DNA from: Candidatus Eiseniibacteriota bacterium
GTDB lineage: Bacteria; Eisenbacteria; RBG-16-71-46
Direction: 5' to 3'
DNA: 63,757 nt
Assembly: GCA_038231135.1 (NCBI GenBank)
Contig: JBBRLX010000027.1
Location: forward strand, 1-63,757
The position numbers and the translations under genes were made by a program. Shown piece by piece: positions 19,785 through 30,300 of this stretch. The first letter of the stretch is position 1. Every line of letters begins with the position of its first letter. The notes beneath the pieces are model-generated. The model worked only from the letters and a program-made list of their open reading frames with translations. It was not told the DNA's origin and made no database searches.

Positions 19785-22478
19785 CTACCGGCGAACGACG
19801 ATCCGCCGGGTCGTGCGGCGGCCCGCGGCTTCGAACACGACGAAGTACACTCCCGGCCGAACGGCGCGGTCGGCGCCGTTCCAGACCGCCTGGTAGCGGC
19901 CCTCGTGCCGGTTCGCGTCGACCATGTTCGCGACGCGCCGGCCATTCACGTCCACTATCTGAAGGCGTGCCCACGCGCCCCGAGCCATCGTGAACTCGAT
20001 CGTCACCGGTCCCGAGGCCGGGGACGGAGTCACGCGGGTGAGGCCGAACTCCCGAAGCGCCTCCGTGGTGCTCGCCGCGATCGGTCCGACGCGCACGGTG
20101 TTGCCCGCGATCGTCGCGGCCAGCCGGTACCAGTAGGTGACGCCGTGCTCGACGTCGCGATCGATGGCCGACTCCGCACGCCCTGCGGCGCGAGCCACCA
20201 GAGCGAGGCGGCGCCATGGCCCGGCGGGGGAGGTGGAACGCTCGAACCAGGTGTCCGTCACCCGCTCCGGGATCGCGAATTCCCAGCGGAGCAGGATGCC
20301 GTCCTCCAGAGACTCGGAATCGAACAGCGACACCAGCGTCGGAGTCAGTTGATCGGCCGGTACGACCGAATATCCCGAGTGGCGGAATTGGTCCGGGCCC
20401 GTGAGATCCCCGCCGATATAGACGGTCCTCGTGGTGGCTGCCAGCGCCTGGGCGACACCACCCACCCCGGGATTCCATCCCGTCACGTTGCCGTCCGCCG
20501 TGTCGAATGCGCCGAGGATTTCACCGCCGACATAGACCACGCTCGCCCCCGGCGACGGCCCACCGAGAGCGAGCGTGTATGCCGTTTGTGAAAAACCCGG
20601 CGTCCAGGACGTTGCGAGCCCGGTTGTGGCGTCGATGGCGGCAACATGGGCTCTCGATGCCCCGCCGATGGTCAGGAAATCCCCGCCCACGTAAATGATG
20701 TCGCCGTCCGGCGCGATCGCATACACGTCCGGATTGAGGCCGTCGGCGCCGGGATTCCACGCCGTCGGGGATCCGGTCGTCGCGTCGAGCGCGGCCAGCA
20801 GGCTGCGCCCGAGCCCGTCGATGTGCCGGAACGAGCCGCCCGCGTAGACCACGGAACCCTGGACGGTCAGCGTTCGCACCGTGCTGTCGGCGTCGGCCAC
20901 CCAGGCCGTCGCAAGGCCCGAGTTGGAATCCACGGCTCCCATGCGTTCTCGCGGCTGGCCTCCGATGTGCTTGAACGTGCCGCCCGCGATCAGCGCCGAA
21001 CCCCTCTTCGCGAGCGCCCGAACGCTCCCGTCGGGGGCAGGATCCCAGGCGGTGGGGAGTCCGGTGGCGGCATCGATCGCCGCGAGGAACCGGCGCCGGG
21101 CAGTGCCGATGCTGTCGAACGAACCGCCGGCATAGATCGTCGGTCCGTCGGCGATCAGGGTGCTCACGGAATTGTCGGCGGTGGGATTCCACGCCGTGAC
21201 GTGATGCGTGGCGAGATCGATCGCCGCCAGGCGGTGCCGAACCTCGCCGCCGCACATCGAGAACATTCCGCCCACGAACACGGTCGAGCCGTTCACGGCG
21301 ATGGCATCGGTGAACCCGTAACACGCGGGATCCCAGGGGGTGGCGCCGGCGGTGGCAATGTCGAGCGCACCCAGATTGCTGCGCGGGCTCCCGCCGATGC
21401 TGTCGAACTCACCACCGACATAGAGCGTGGACGCATCGCGATGCAGCGCGTTGACGAAGCCCGGTCGCGAGTTCGTGATGTGAGCCTGCCATGGCGTCGC
21501 GCCCCCGGTGGCGGAGTCGAGGGCCGCGAGGAAGGCGCGGGGCTGGCCGCCGATGTTCTGGAAGGTGCCGCCGGCATAAATCGTGGAACCGTCGTGTTCG
21601 AGTGTTTGCACGGTACCGTCGGCGTCCGGGTCCCACCCGGTCGGGACGCCGGTGGCGGCATCGATCGCGGCAAGATGCTGGCGGGGCTGTCCGCCCATCG
21701 TGGTGAACCCGCCGCCCGCATACAGGGTGTTGCCGCGGAGCAGCAGCGTATGGACCGGCGCATCGGCGCCCGGATCCCAGTCGAGCACCTGGGCTGTGGC
21801 GGAATCGACCGCCACCAGGTTCTGTCGAAACACTCCGCCGAATCGCGTGAAGTCGCCGCCGAGGTAGACGATGCCGTCGCGGACGACGATGGAGTTGACC
21901 GAGGTGGAGACGACGACGCCGGCGTTGGGATTCCACGCCGTGGGAACGCCGGTCACGGCATCGATCGCGGCGACGTGATAGCGGGTCTCGGTGCCAATGG
22001 TCGCGAAGTGGCCACCCACGTAGACGGTCGAGCCGCTGACGGTGATCGTGTACACGTCATACCCGGGTTGGGGGTCCCACGGGGCCACGGTGCCGTCGGC
22101 GAGCACGTGGGCAAGCTTCTCGCGCGGAATCCCGCCGACCACGTGAAACCGGCCGCCCAGATACCAGCCACCCGAGCCGTCGGGAGCCACCGCGTAGACC
22201 TCGGAATCGACGTCGGGGATGCTGACGGGTCTGCCGGTCGCGGAAGACAGTCCGACCGCGTTGGGGGTCGGCCGGCCCACCCGTATGAAATCGCCTCCGA
22301 GATAGAGCGTGCTGCCGGACGTGGCGACCGCGTGGACGGGCCTATCGGCGAGGTCGAAGCCCAGGTCGACGGCAAGCGCGCGATTCGTGGCGGCGGAGCC
22401 GATCGCCAGCGCGGCCGCGAGCCGGAACACCGATCGGAGCAGGGCAACGCGTACCCTTGAGGGGAGTTGGCACGGCAT
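19785..22478 (-). CDS. Secreted ~14-bladed beta-propeller repeat protein with Ig-like linker and C-terminal sorting domain
   Basis: True start ATG 22478 (GGAGG RBS); about 14 repeats of V.AL...G.T.Y.GG.F..IGG..R..LAA.D..TG..T.W.P; TPTLVS linker; C-terminus VDVNGRRVA...PGVYFV. Confidence 0.9.
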   Translation of the reverse strand: MPCQLPSRVRVALLRSVFRLAAALAIGSAATNRALAVDLGFDLADRPVHAVATSGSTLYLGGDFIRVGRPTPNAVGLSSATGRPVSIPDVDSEVYAVAPDGSGGWYLGGRFHVVGGIPREKLAHVLADGTVAPWDPQPGYDVYTITVSGSTVYVGGHFATIGTETRYHVAAIDAVTGVPTAWNPNAGVVVSTSVNSIVVRDGIVYLGGDFTRFGGVFRQNLVAVDSATAQVLDWDPGADAPVHTLLLRGNTLYAGGGFTTMGGQPRQHLAAIDAATGVPTGWDPDADGTVQTLEHDGSTIYAGGTFQNIGGQPRAFLAALDSATGGATPWQAHITNSRPGFVNALHRDASTLYVGGEFDSIGGSPRSNLGALDIATAGATPWDPACYGFTDAIAVNGSTVFVGGMFSMCGGEVRHRLAAIDLATHHVTAWNPTADNSVSTLIADGPTIYAGGSFDSIGTARRRFLAAIDAATGLPTAWDPAPDGSVRALAKRGSALIAGGTFKHIGGQPRERMGAVDSNSGLATAWVADADSTVRTLTVQGSVVYAGGSFRHIDGLGRSLLAALDATTGSPTAWNPGADGLNPDVYAIAPDGDIIYVGGDFLTIGGASRAHVAAIDATTGLATSWTPGFSQTAYTLALGGPSPGASVVYVGGEILGAFDTADGNVTGWNPGVGGVAQALAATTRTVYIGGDLTGPDQFRHSGYSVVPADQLTPTLVSLFDSESLEDGILLRWEFAIPERVTDTWFERSTSPAGPWRRLALVARAAGRAESAIDRDVEHGVTYWYRLAATIAGNTVRVGPIAASTTEALREFGLTRVTPSPASGPVTIEFTMARGAWARLQIVDVNGRRVANMVDANRHEGRYQAVWNGADRAVRPGVYFVVFEAAGRRTTRRIVVRR

Positions 22479-22598
22479 GATCGAACCTCCCGTGGTGCGT
22501 GCACAATAGATCGGCGGGGTGACAGAATCCTGCGCGAATCCATGGTGGCGGCCACGGGGTACAGACTGCCATGGACTGCAGTGTACCATGATCGATGC

Positions 22599-23282
22599 AT
22601 GCGAACCGATGCTGGCGTGACCTGCGGAATTCACCTGCTCGCCATCTCGATCCTGGCGTTCCTCGTCACCCCCGCCGGTGCGATCACGCTGGGGGTGGAG
22701 GCGTTCGGCGCGTTCGACACGCACGCGATGACGTTCTGGAATACCGACCTCGATGTGGCCAATGCGGCCGGCGGCCGGTTCCATCATCTGAACGTCGATG
22801 TCACGGGCGGTCTCGGCGCGCGGGTCTGGATTTCGCGGCCATGGAGGGTGCACGCGGACTGGGAGCCGTTGCGGCTCGAATCGCGGGACGCCGCTACGGG
22901 CCGCAGGCTCAACTTCGATGCCGGCTCGCTCCAGCTCGGCGCCGCGTACTTCTTTCCGACCGCCCGAGCGTTGCGCCTGGGGCTCTCCGCCGGGCTCGGG
23001 TACTACTCGCTTCACGGCCTGCGCGCCAGCTCGGGAGTCAAGACCGCCGGCTTGTCGGGCACGACAACCGGAATGCAATTCCAGGGACTGTTCGAGTGGC
23101 CGGCGCAGCGGTGGGTCGCCCTGAACGGCTCGGTCGGATACCGGATGGCCCGAATCGCCGACACGAAAGTCGACGGCCGCAGCCTCGCCCCCAGGGTCGA
23201 AACCGACTACTCCGGCCTCATAATGAGGATCGGAATCGCGTTCTACCTGCCATCGCGCAGCCGCGAGGTCGTGGCCGGCTGA
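22599..23282 (+). CDS. Outer-membrane beta-barrel protein (OmpA/OmpW-like)
   Basis: Signal peptide, alternating amphipathic strands, terminal strand MRIGIAFY. Confidence 0.7.
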   Translation: MRTDAGVTCGIHLLAISILAFLVTPAGAITLGVEAFGAFDTHAMTFWNTDLDVANAAGGRFHHLNVDVTGGLGARVWISRPWRVHADWEPLRLESRDAATGRRLNFDAGSLQLGAAYFFPTARALRLGLSAGLGYYSLHGLRASSGVKTAGLSGTTTGMQFQGLFEWPAQRWVALNGSVGYRMARIADTKVDGRSLAPRVETDYSGLIMRIGIAFYLPSRSREVVAG

Positions 23283-23351
23283 GCCGCCAGGGCCGGGGGG
23301 ACGGTGTTCCCGGCGTCCCGGGCTCCGTCGCTGTAGCACTGGCAGGAATCG

Positions 23352-23374
23352 TGGCAACAATGGCATTGTTGCCA
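23352..23374. promoter_or_regulatory. Palindrome TGGCAACAAT-GGC-ATTGTTGCCA, candidate operator of the GlxA-family regulator
   Basis: Perfect 10-bp inverted repeat immediately upstream of the regulator gene. Confidence 0.55.
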
Positions 23375-23400
23375 ACATGGCGCCGGCGCATGCTCCTCCC

Positions 23401-24511
23401 ATGACGAAACGAACCCACGATGCGCCGCCCAAAGCACGCGCGACGGTACCGGGACGTCCCCGCCTCATTTCGATGCTCGCCTATCCCGATTGCCAGATTC
23501 TCGACGTCGCGGGACCGCTCGAAGTGTTCGCGCGCGCGTCTCGCTGGCTCAAGGACAACGGCAGACGCACGACCGACACGTACACCGTCGAGATCCTCGG
23601 GTTCGAGCGCGGTCCGTTCCGGGCGTCCTCCGGGCTAAGGCTGTTCGCCGACCGTGGCTACGCCGAGGCCGGCCGCGGCATCGACACGCTGCTGGTCGCA
23701 GGCGGACTGGGGGCCGAGCGTTACCACGCCGATCCCAGGATCCTGCGCTGGCTCAGGAGGCAGGCCGGCCAGGTCCGGCGCATGGCGTCGGTCTGCACCG
23801 GCGCGTACTTCCTCGCCGAAGCCGGCCTGCTCGAGGGCCGCCGTGCCACCACGCACTGGGCCGACTGCGAACAACTGGGGCGGCGCTATCCCAACGTGCG
23901 CGTGGAACGGGACATGATCTTCGTGCAGGACGGATCCGTCTATACCTCGGCCGGTGTCACGGCGGGTATGGACCTGGCGCTCGCCCTGGTGGAGGAGGAC
24001 GAGGGACGCGAACTCGCGCTCGCGGTGGCGCGCGCGCTTGTGATGTTCCTGCGGCGTCCGGGCGGACAGGCGCAGTTCAAGCGCGCAGCTCTCGGTACAG
24101 TTCGCGACGCACAAGCCGCTGAGCGACGTGCAGGCCTATATCATCGACCACCCGGGCAAGAATCTGTCCGTGCAGAACCTGGCACGCCGCGCGTCCATGA
24201 GCCCGCGGAACTTCGCGCGCGTGTTCACGCGCGAGCTGGGCGTCACGCCCGCGCGATTCGTCACCTCGGTGCGGGTGGAAACCGCCCTGCGGTTGCTCGA
24301 GGAGAGTTCCGAGTCGCTCGAGGCGATCTGCGAGCTGAGCGGACTCGGCACCCGCGAATCGATGCGCCGCGCGTTCCTCGGCATCGTCGGCATTCCTCCC
24401 GGCCAGTACCGGGAGCGCTTCAACCGCCAGCAGCCATCACAGGCGCAGCCGGCCGGCTGGCCTTCGAAGGTACTCGCGCGAACGCCGCGCTCGCCGGACC
24501 CGATTCCATAA
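23401..24511 (+). pseudogene. GlxA-family regulator (DJ-1/PfpI + AraC HTH) with a +1 frameshift
   Basis: DJ-1 half (SVCTGA, ATTHW, TSAGVTAGMDLAL, RRPGGQAQF) and AraC half (LARRASMSPRNFARVF...MRRAF....GIPPGQYRERF) are in different frames; removing one A at 24079-24080 restores GGQAQFSAQLS. May be a sequencing error. Confidence 0.85.
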
Positions 24512-24524
24512 GAGGAGACACCTT

Positions 24525-25664
24525 GTGACACCGTTCACACGCAACTTCGCCGCCGCACTGATCGCCCTGTCGCTGCTCGGAGCCGCCGCGTACGGCGCGT
24601 TCGCCGCCGCGCCTGCCAGGCACTACGTCTGCGTGCCGTGCGGACTGCCGTGCGACGCGACCGTGTTCGACAAGCCCGGCACCTGTCCCCAGTGCGGAAT
24701 GGCGCTCGTCGAGCAGGGCTCTCCCGAGTCCATTGCCGCCCCGGACACGCGCAAGAAGGTCGGGATCCTGGTGTTCAACGGCGTCGAGATCATCGACTAC
24801 TCCGGACCCTACGAGGTGTTCGGGGCGGCCAACTACGACGTATTCACGGTGGCCGCGACCCCGGATCCGGTGACGACCGCCATGGGGCTGACCGTGGTTC
24901 CCAGGTACACGTTCGCCACTGCTCCGCAGCCAGACGTGCTCGTGGTTCCCGGCGGCGGCGTGCGTGGCGCGCAGCGCGATCCGGCGACCCTGAAGTACGT
25001 GGCCGACGCGACGGCGAAGACCGAACACACCATGTCGGTCTGTAATGGATCGTTCATCCTCGCGAGTGCCGGGGTCCTCGACGGGCTCACGGCCACGTCC
25101 ACCTACGGGAACGTCGCGACGCTCAAGGCCGAGTTCCCGAAGATCAAGGTGGTCGGCAACCAGCGCTACGTGGACAACGGCAAGGTCATCACGACCGCGG
25201 GTCTGTCGGCGGGCATCGACGGCGCGCTCCACGTGGTCGCCGTGATGCAGGGTGACACCGCGGCCCGGGAGGTCGCGCTGCAGGAGGAGTACGACTGGCA
25301 TCCCGACGCGGGCTACGTACGGCCGTCCTTGGCCGACCGGCTGCTTCCGCACATCGACCTGGACAAGACGGTCGAGGCCGTCGGCAAGTGGGACATCGTG
25401 AGCAACGCTGGCGGCGCGGATCGCTGGCGGCTCGTGGTGAAAGGGGGGACCCGGCTCAGCAGTTCGGAAGTGCTCACGAACCTCACCAGGGCGTTCGAGA
25501 GCGAGGCAAAATGGACTCACGTGGAGTCATCCGCCACGGATCCCGCCAGCTGGAAGTTCAATGACTTCGACGGCCACGACTGGAAGGGCACGCTGACGGT
25601 AAAGCCGGTGCAAGGTGCCGCCCGTCAGTACACGGTGACCCTGGCCATCGAACGGGCGAGCTGA
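24525..25664 (+). CDS. Exported DJ-1/PfpI protein with N-terminal heavy-metal-binding Cys domain
   Basis: AAGAGGAG RBS; signal peptide; YVCVPCGLPCD...KPGTCPQCGMAL; EIIDYSGPYEVF, VPGGG, SVCNG, TTAGLSAGIDGALH. Confidence 0.9.
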   Translation: MTPFTRNFAAALIALSLLGAAAYGAFAAAPARHYVCVPCGLPCDATVFDKPGTCPQCGMALVEQGSPESIAAPDTRKKVGILVFNGVEIIDYSGPYEVFGAANYDVFTVAATPDPVTTAMGLTVVPRYTFATAPQPDVLVVPGGGVRGAQRDPATLKYVADATAKTEHTMSVCNGSFILASAGVLDGLTATSTYGNVATLKAEFPKIKVVGNQRYVDNGKVITTAGLSAGIDGALHVVAVMQGDTAAREVALQEEYDWHPDAGYVRPSLADRLLPHIDLDKTVEAVGKWDIVSNAGGADRWRLVVKGGTRLSSSEVLTNLTRAFESEAKWTHVESSATDPASWKFNDFDGHDWKGTLTVKPVQGAARQYTVTLAIERAS

Positions 25665-25832
25665 CGATCCCTGACGAGAACTTGTCAGTGGAACCCGTGT
25701 CTTCTATGGCCCCGCCTTCCGGCCCGGTGTAGCGTGCCCGCCATGGACGATCCTGGAAGCGTCCTGATCGCCATGGGCCCCTCGACAGGTACAGGCTCGG
25801 ATCCCGAGCCGAAACGAACGGGAGGCGGCGTC

Positions 25833-26732
25833 GTGCTTTCGAGGTATTTGTTGCCGGGCATGTTCGTGTTGGCGCTGGCGAGTGCGCTGACGGGCTGCAG
25901 CAAGTCCACGACCGCTCCGATCATTCCGCCGACGGAGCAGTCGCAGGTCACAACGGTCCTCACCCAGGCGACCCCTCTCATCGATGACGATGTAACCGGC
26001 ACCGAAACGCAGGCGTTTGGCATGCGACCCGCGGGCAGCGACGCCGCGGAGACTGCCATCACTCCGCTGTACTTCTGGAGGCGGATCGACTCGGTGACGC
26101 GCTCGTACGAGTTCGCATTCTCGGACAGCGATTCGACCGGCCGCCCGCGCCAGGTGCTGGTGACGATCCGCAAGCACCTGCTGGGAGCCTTCAACGTCAT
26201 CGCCAGCACCGATTCGGTGAACGTGATCCACAAGCCCCTCGACGAGACCTGGACGCGGGTGGTGCAGCTCGTCCGGTTGAGGGCGCCGACGGACTCGACC
26301 CGTACGGTCTGGCGCATCCGCGCGGTGTCCGGAGCAAGCATGTTGTCGACCGGTGCCGTGACGCGAATTCAGAGCCTGCGCATCGTGACGACGGGCCTGG
26401 ACACCACGCTCACCGATCCGCTCGCGGCCCTGGCCCTGCGACGCACGCTGAGCTTCCCCCCCAGCGACAGCGTGCGATTGACGGTCACGATGCTGGTGAA
26501 CAACGACGTCGTGGTGCTCCATCATCGGGACCATCGGCGGCTGTTCCGCAACAACGGTGACAACACCTACACGCTGGCGTTCGTGACGGGCGCGTTCCCG
26601 GGCTGGCGGCACTTCGGGGTCGACGCGATCGCACACGCGTCGCTGTTCGATGATGCGGCGGCGTACGATGCGAATCGCTGGCACATCCCGTTCAAGATCC
26701 AGTCGGAAGTTCCGGTCGACTACTATCCGTAG
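25833..26732 (+). CDS. Hypothetical lipoprotein
   Basis: GTG 25833 with GGAGG RBS; lipobox LASALTG-C; GC-rich third codon positions. Confidence 0.75.
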   Translation: MLSRYLLPGMFVLALASALTGCSKSTTAPIIPPTEQSQVTTVLTQATPLIDDDVTGTETQAFGMRPAGSDAAETAITPLYFWRRIDSVTRSYEFAFSDSDSTGRPRQVLVTIRKHLLGAFNVIASTDSVNVIHKPLDETWTRVVQLVRLRAPTDSTRTVWRIRAVSGASMLSTGAVTRIQSLRIVTTGLDTTLTDPLAALALRRTLSFPPSDSVRLTVTMLVNNDVVVLHHRDHRRLFRNNGDNTYTLAFVTGAFPGWRHFGVDAIAHASLFDDAAAYDANRWHIPFKIQSEVPVDYYP

Positions 26733-26762
26733 GCGGTGGCCGTGACTTGAGCCCGCGCAAGA

Positions 26763-26790
26763 GAGCCCGTGGTCGATCGGCCACGGGCTC
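26763..26790 (+). terminator. Stem-loop GAGCCCGTGG...CCACGGGCTC after the lipoprotein gene
   Basis: At least a 10-bp stem; no clear U-tract. Confidence 0.4.
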
Positions 26791-26832
26791 CCGGCCGCCC
26801 ATGAAGCAGGCTCGATTCGCCGGGAGGCTGCC

Positions 26833-27105
26833 ATGCTGTACATGGTCGTCGAACACTTTCGCGATGGCGACGCCGTTCCCGTCTACCGGAGGTTTCGGGA
26901 CGAGGGCCGCCTCGCCCCGGACGGGCTGACCTATGTCGCGAGCTGGGTCACCGCCGATTCGGCTCGGTGCTATCAGGTAATGGAGTGTTCCGACCCGGCA
27001 TTGCTCGAGATGTGGATGGCACGCTGGAACGACCTCGTGCGCTTCGAGGTGTTCCCGGTCGTCACATCCGCGGACGCCGCCGCGGACGTGGGCCGGCGTC
27101 TCTAG
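26833..27105 (+). CDS. DUF3303 family protein
   Basis: MLYMVVEHFR.....VY.RFR..GR..P.GL.YV.SWV......CYQVME......W...W.DL..FE..PV; GGAGG RBS. Confidence 0.85.
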   Translation: MLYMVVEHFRDGDAVPVYRRFRDEGRLAPDGLTYVASWVTADSARCYQVMECSDPALLEMWMARWNDLVRFEVFPVVTSADAAADVGRRL

Positions 27106-27352
27106 GATGCGAGTCGGGCACAGGCACGCTCAGCCGCGTGGCCGCCCACCCGGAGTTGCGCCTGGTGCCTGAGGCAGTACAGGACTACACTGTCCGTACG
27201 TCGTCGACTGACGACAGCCCGCCCCGTTCGCGTCATCCATGATCGAAGGCCAAGACCCGACTCTTCGCTACCCCCCGCAAGACATTGGCGCGGCCGCGCC
27301 GGTCGAGGATTCTCCGCGGTGAACACCAGCGAACGTGAGGAGGGCAGTCCCG

Positions 27353-30300
27353 ATGCGAGCCCTGACAATCGTATTCCGCATTGCCATCCCCGTGGCGGTG
27401 CTGGTGTCCTTTGGGGAACGTGCGGCTGCGGACGCGGAGGTCACGTCGTTCATCGTGGCGCCCGGAACGGAGTCTTTCGATGGAGTGCGGGCCGATTCGC
27501 TGGTGACTGCGTTCCCCGGTCGAACTGCCGGCGTTCCCATTCTGCGCTCCGTTCCTCGCGGCCTGCCGCGGCAGAAGTTTCCCCGCTCCACCGGTGACCC
27601 ACAGGGCAGGTGGTCGCGATTGGGATACGCCGACCCCGAGCCGCGCGACTCTCCGTCGCTGGTCTATGACCCGATTCGCAAACGCCTGATTCTATTCGGC
27701 GGCTTCGATGGGTCGGAATACCACAATGATACCTGGGAGCGGCCCGCCGATGGCGAAACCGAATGGCAACGGCTGCCGTTGGAGGGTCGCCTGCCGCCGG
27801 GCCGCAGCCGCCACGTCGCGGTGTTCGATTCCATCGCCGACGCCATGGTCGTGTACGGCGGTCAGGACGCGAATCACTACCTTGGTGACATCTGGACCCT
27901 GGATTTGAAGGGCGGGACCGGCTGGCGCGAGCTCGAGCAGGCGGACGAGCCCCGGCCCGTTCCGCGGGGAGGCTGCGTGGGTGTGCTCGAAACGACCCGT
28001 CATCGCCTCGTGATCGCGGCCGGCGCCACCGATCTGACCGTGTTGAACGACGTGTGGGGGTTCGACCTCGATACGGGTCACTGGGCCACCATGGTTCCCC
28101 AGGCGGTCGAAGCGCTTGCCCGTTCGCATCTGGCGCTTGCGTATGATTCGCGGCGGCAGCGCTGGCTGGGCTTCGGGGGTGAGGGTTACAACGACCTGTT
28201 GTCGTGGGACATGGCGCGCGGCAACGGCTGGTCGAAGCTCGACTACGCGGACCAGGGGCCCGTCGGGCTCGGGGACCCGTGCGCGGTGTACGACTCGCTG
28301 CGGGATCAGTTGATCGTCCTCGGTGGATCAGCGGATCCGGACTTCGCGATGGAGCTGTCGGTGATCGACCTCGCGCGGCAGACGCGCGGCGCTCCGCGCC
28401 ACGTTCCGGGTGAACAGCCGCCCCCACTGCATGGCGCCGCGGCGGTCTACGACCCGCTGCATGACCGCGTGCTGGTCTTTGGCGGCGCCACCGAATCTGC
28501 CGTGATGGGGGATCTATGGCAGTTGAGTCTGGGTGACTCGATGCACTGGACCCGCCTCGCCGGACCGGGTTCCGGCGCACCGAGTCCGCGTGAATATGCA
28601 TCCTCCGTGTACGATCCGGTGCACAGGCGCTGGGTGATCCTGTTCGGCTGGGACGGCTCGAAGCCGTTGAGGGATATCTGGAACTATGATTTCGAATCAG
28701 GCCGCTGGTCGCAGAACCTGTTCGCCGACTATGGCTTCCCCGCTCCCGGACTCTACGGTGTCGCCACCGCGTACGATCCCATCCACAATCGAGTTCTGCT
28801 GTTCGGTGGCTCCGACGGGGTGAACTGGCTGCAGAATGCATGGCAGTTCGAGATGGCGCCCGAGCCGGATCGGCTGTCGCCGCTCGCCGTGATCGGCGAC
28901 TGGCCCCGCAAGCGCGCGTTCGCCAGCGCATTCTACGACCCGTCGCTCGACGCCATGCGGATGTTCGGCGGCCAGCCCGAAGGCGGCGGGTCATCCTATG
29001 GTGACCAGTGGATCATGCGGACGATGGACTTCCACGCCACCTGGCAACGCTGGGTAGCCCCCGACGCAACCCCGAAGCCTCATGCGTTCGGCTCCGGGAT
29101 CTACGATCCCATCGGAGACCGGTTGGTCGAGGTGGGGGGCTGGCAGGATGCTCACACCCTGTTGCCGCGCGTCTGGAGCATCGGATTGGCTGATTCGATC
29201 CCACACTGGAGCCACTATGGAACGGGCATCGAGGCGTATGGAGGAGTTGCGGGGTATGATGCCGGTCGGCAGCAAATGGTGATATTCGGCGGCAATCTCG
29301 GCTCCGAACGCACGAATACAGTGTGGGACGTACCGCTGGCGGACGAGCCGATCCTGCCGGCCTCGCCGGCCGGTCCGACGCCGGCGCCCCGGTACCTGCA
29401 CGCGGCCGCGACCGATCCTCATGGTCATCGAATGTTCGTTTACGGCGGCGCCGCGTACCTTTCGACCAACCGGGACCTGTTCGGGGATTTGTGGGAACTG
29501 GATTTCGACGGCGCAGGCGCCTGGCATCGCCTGCTCGCTTCGCCGCCGTTCCCCGAACAGCGGTCGACTCACGCAGCGCTCTACGATGCGGCACGGGATC
29601 GAATGCTGCTGTTCGGCGGCGGGACGCTCGACGACTCGGTCTGGGTGTTGCCGCTGGGTGGTGCGCTGCGGTGGTCGAAACTCGCGACGCAGGGGCCCTC
29701 GCCCGGCTGGCGTGCGGGCCCGGGCATCGTCTACGACGCCAGACGTGATCGAGCCATCGTGCTGGGCGGGTCGCAGGGACCCACCTCTCCGCTCAAGGAC
29801 GCGTGGGCGCTCACGTTGTCGGAACCTCCCACCTGGTCGCTCATCGTTCCGCGCGACACGCTGCCCGAGGGCGGCGAGAACTCGAGTTGTGTCTATGACT
29901 CGTTGCGCGACCGGATCGTCGACTTCGGAGGAGATGTAACGTTTCAACGCAGGCGATTCGACTACTGGCGGTTCCGGCCGGGCGCATTCGCGCTGTCATT
30001 GGCAGATCCTACGTGGAGCCGTCTCGACGTCGTCGGCGGTCCCGCCGGAAATCGTACGAATCAGGCCGCCGCTCTCGAGCGCTCGGGCACTACGATCCTG
30101 AGTTTCGGCGGCGTGGACGATCAGGTCGACGGAACGGTCTGCGACACGTGGGCGATCGCGCTGGACAGCACGCGATTCGCGTACCAGTCGGTCGACGCGT
30201 GCACCGGGCCCGCCGCCGCCAACAGTCCCACCATCGTCCGGGACCCGGATCACCAAACGCTCCTTCTCAATGAGGGCAATCCGTCCACCGTGTGGATCCG

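Noticed and set aside
22479..23468. N-terminal 330 aa of the 1227-aa ORF 19785-23468
   Set aside because: Overlaps the plus-strand barrel gene; the RBS and signal peptide place the start at 22478
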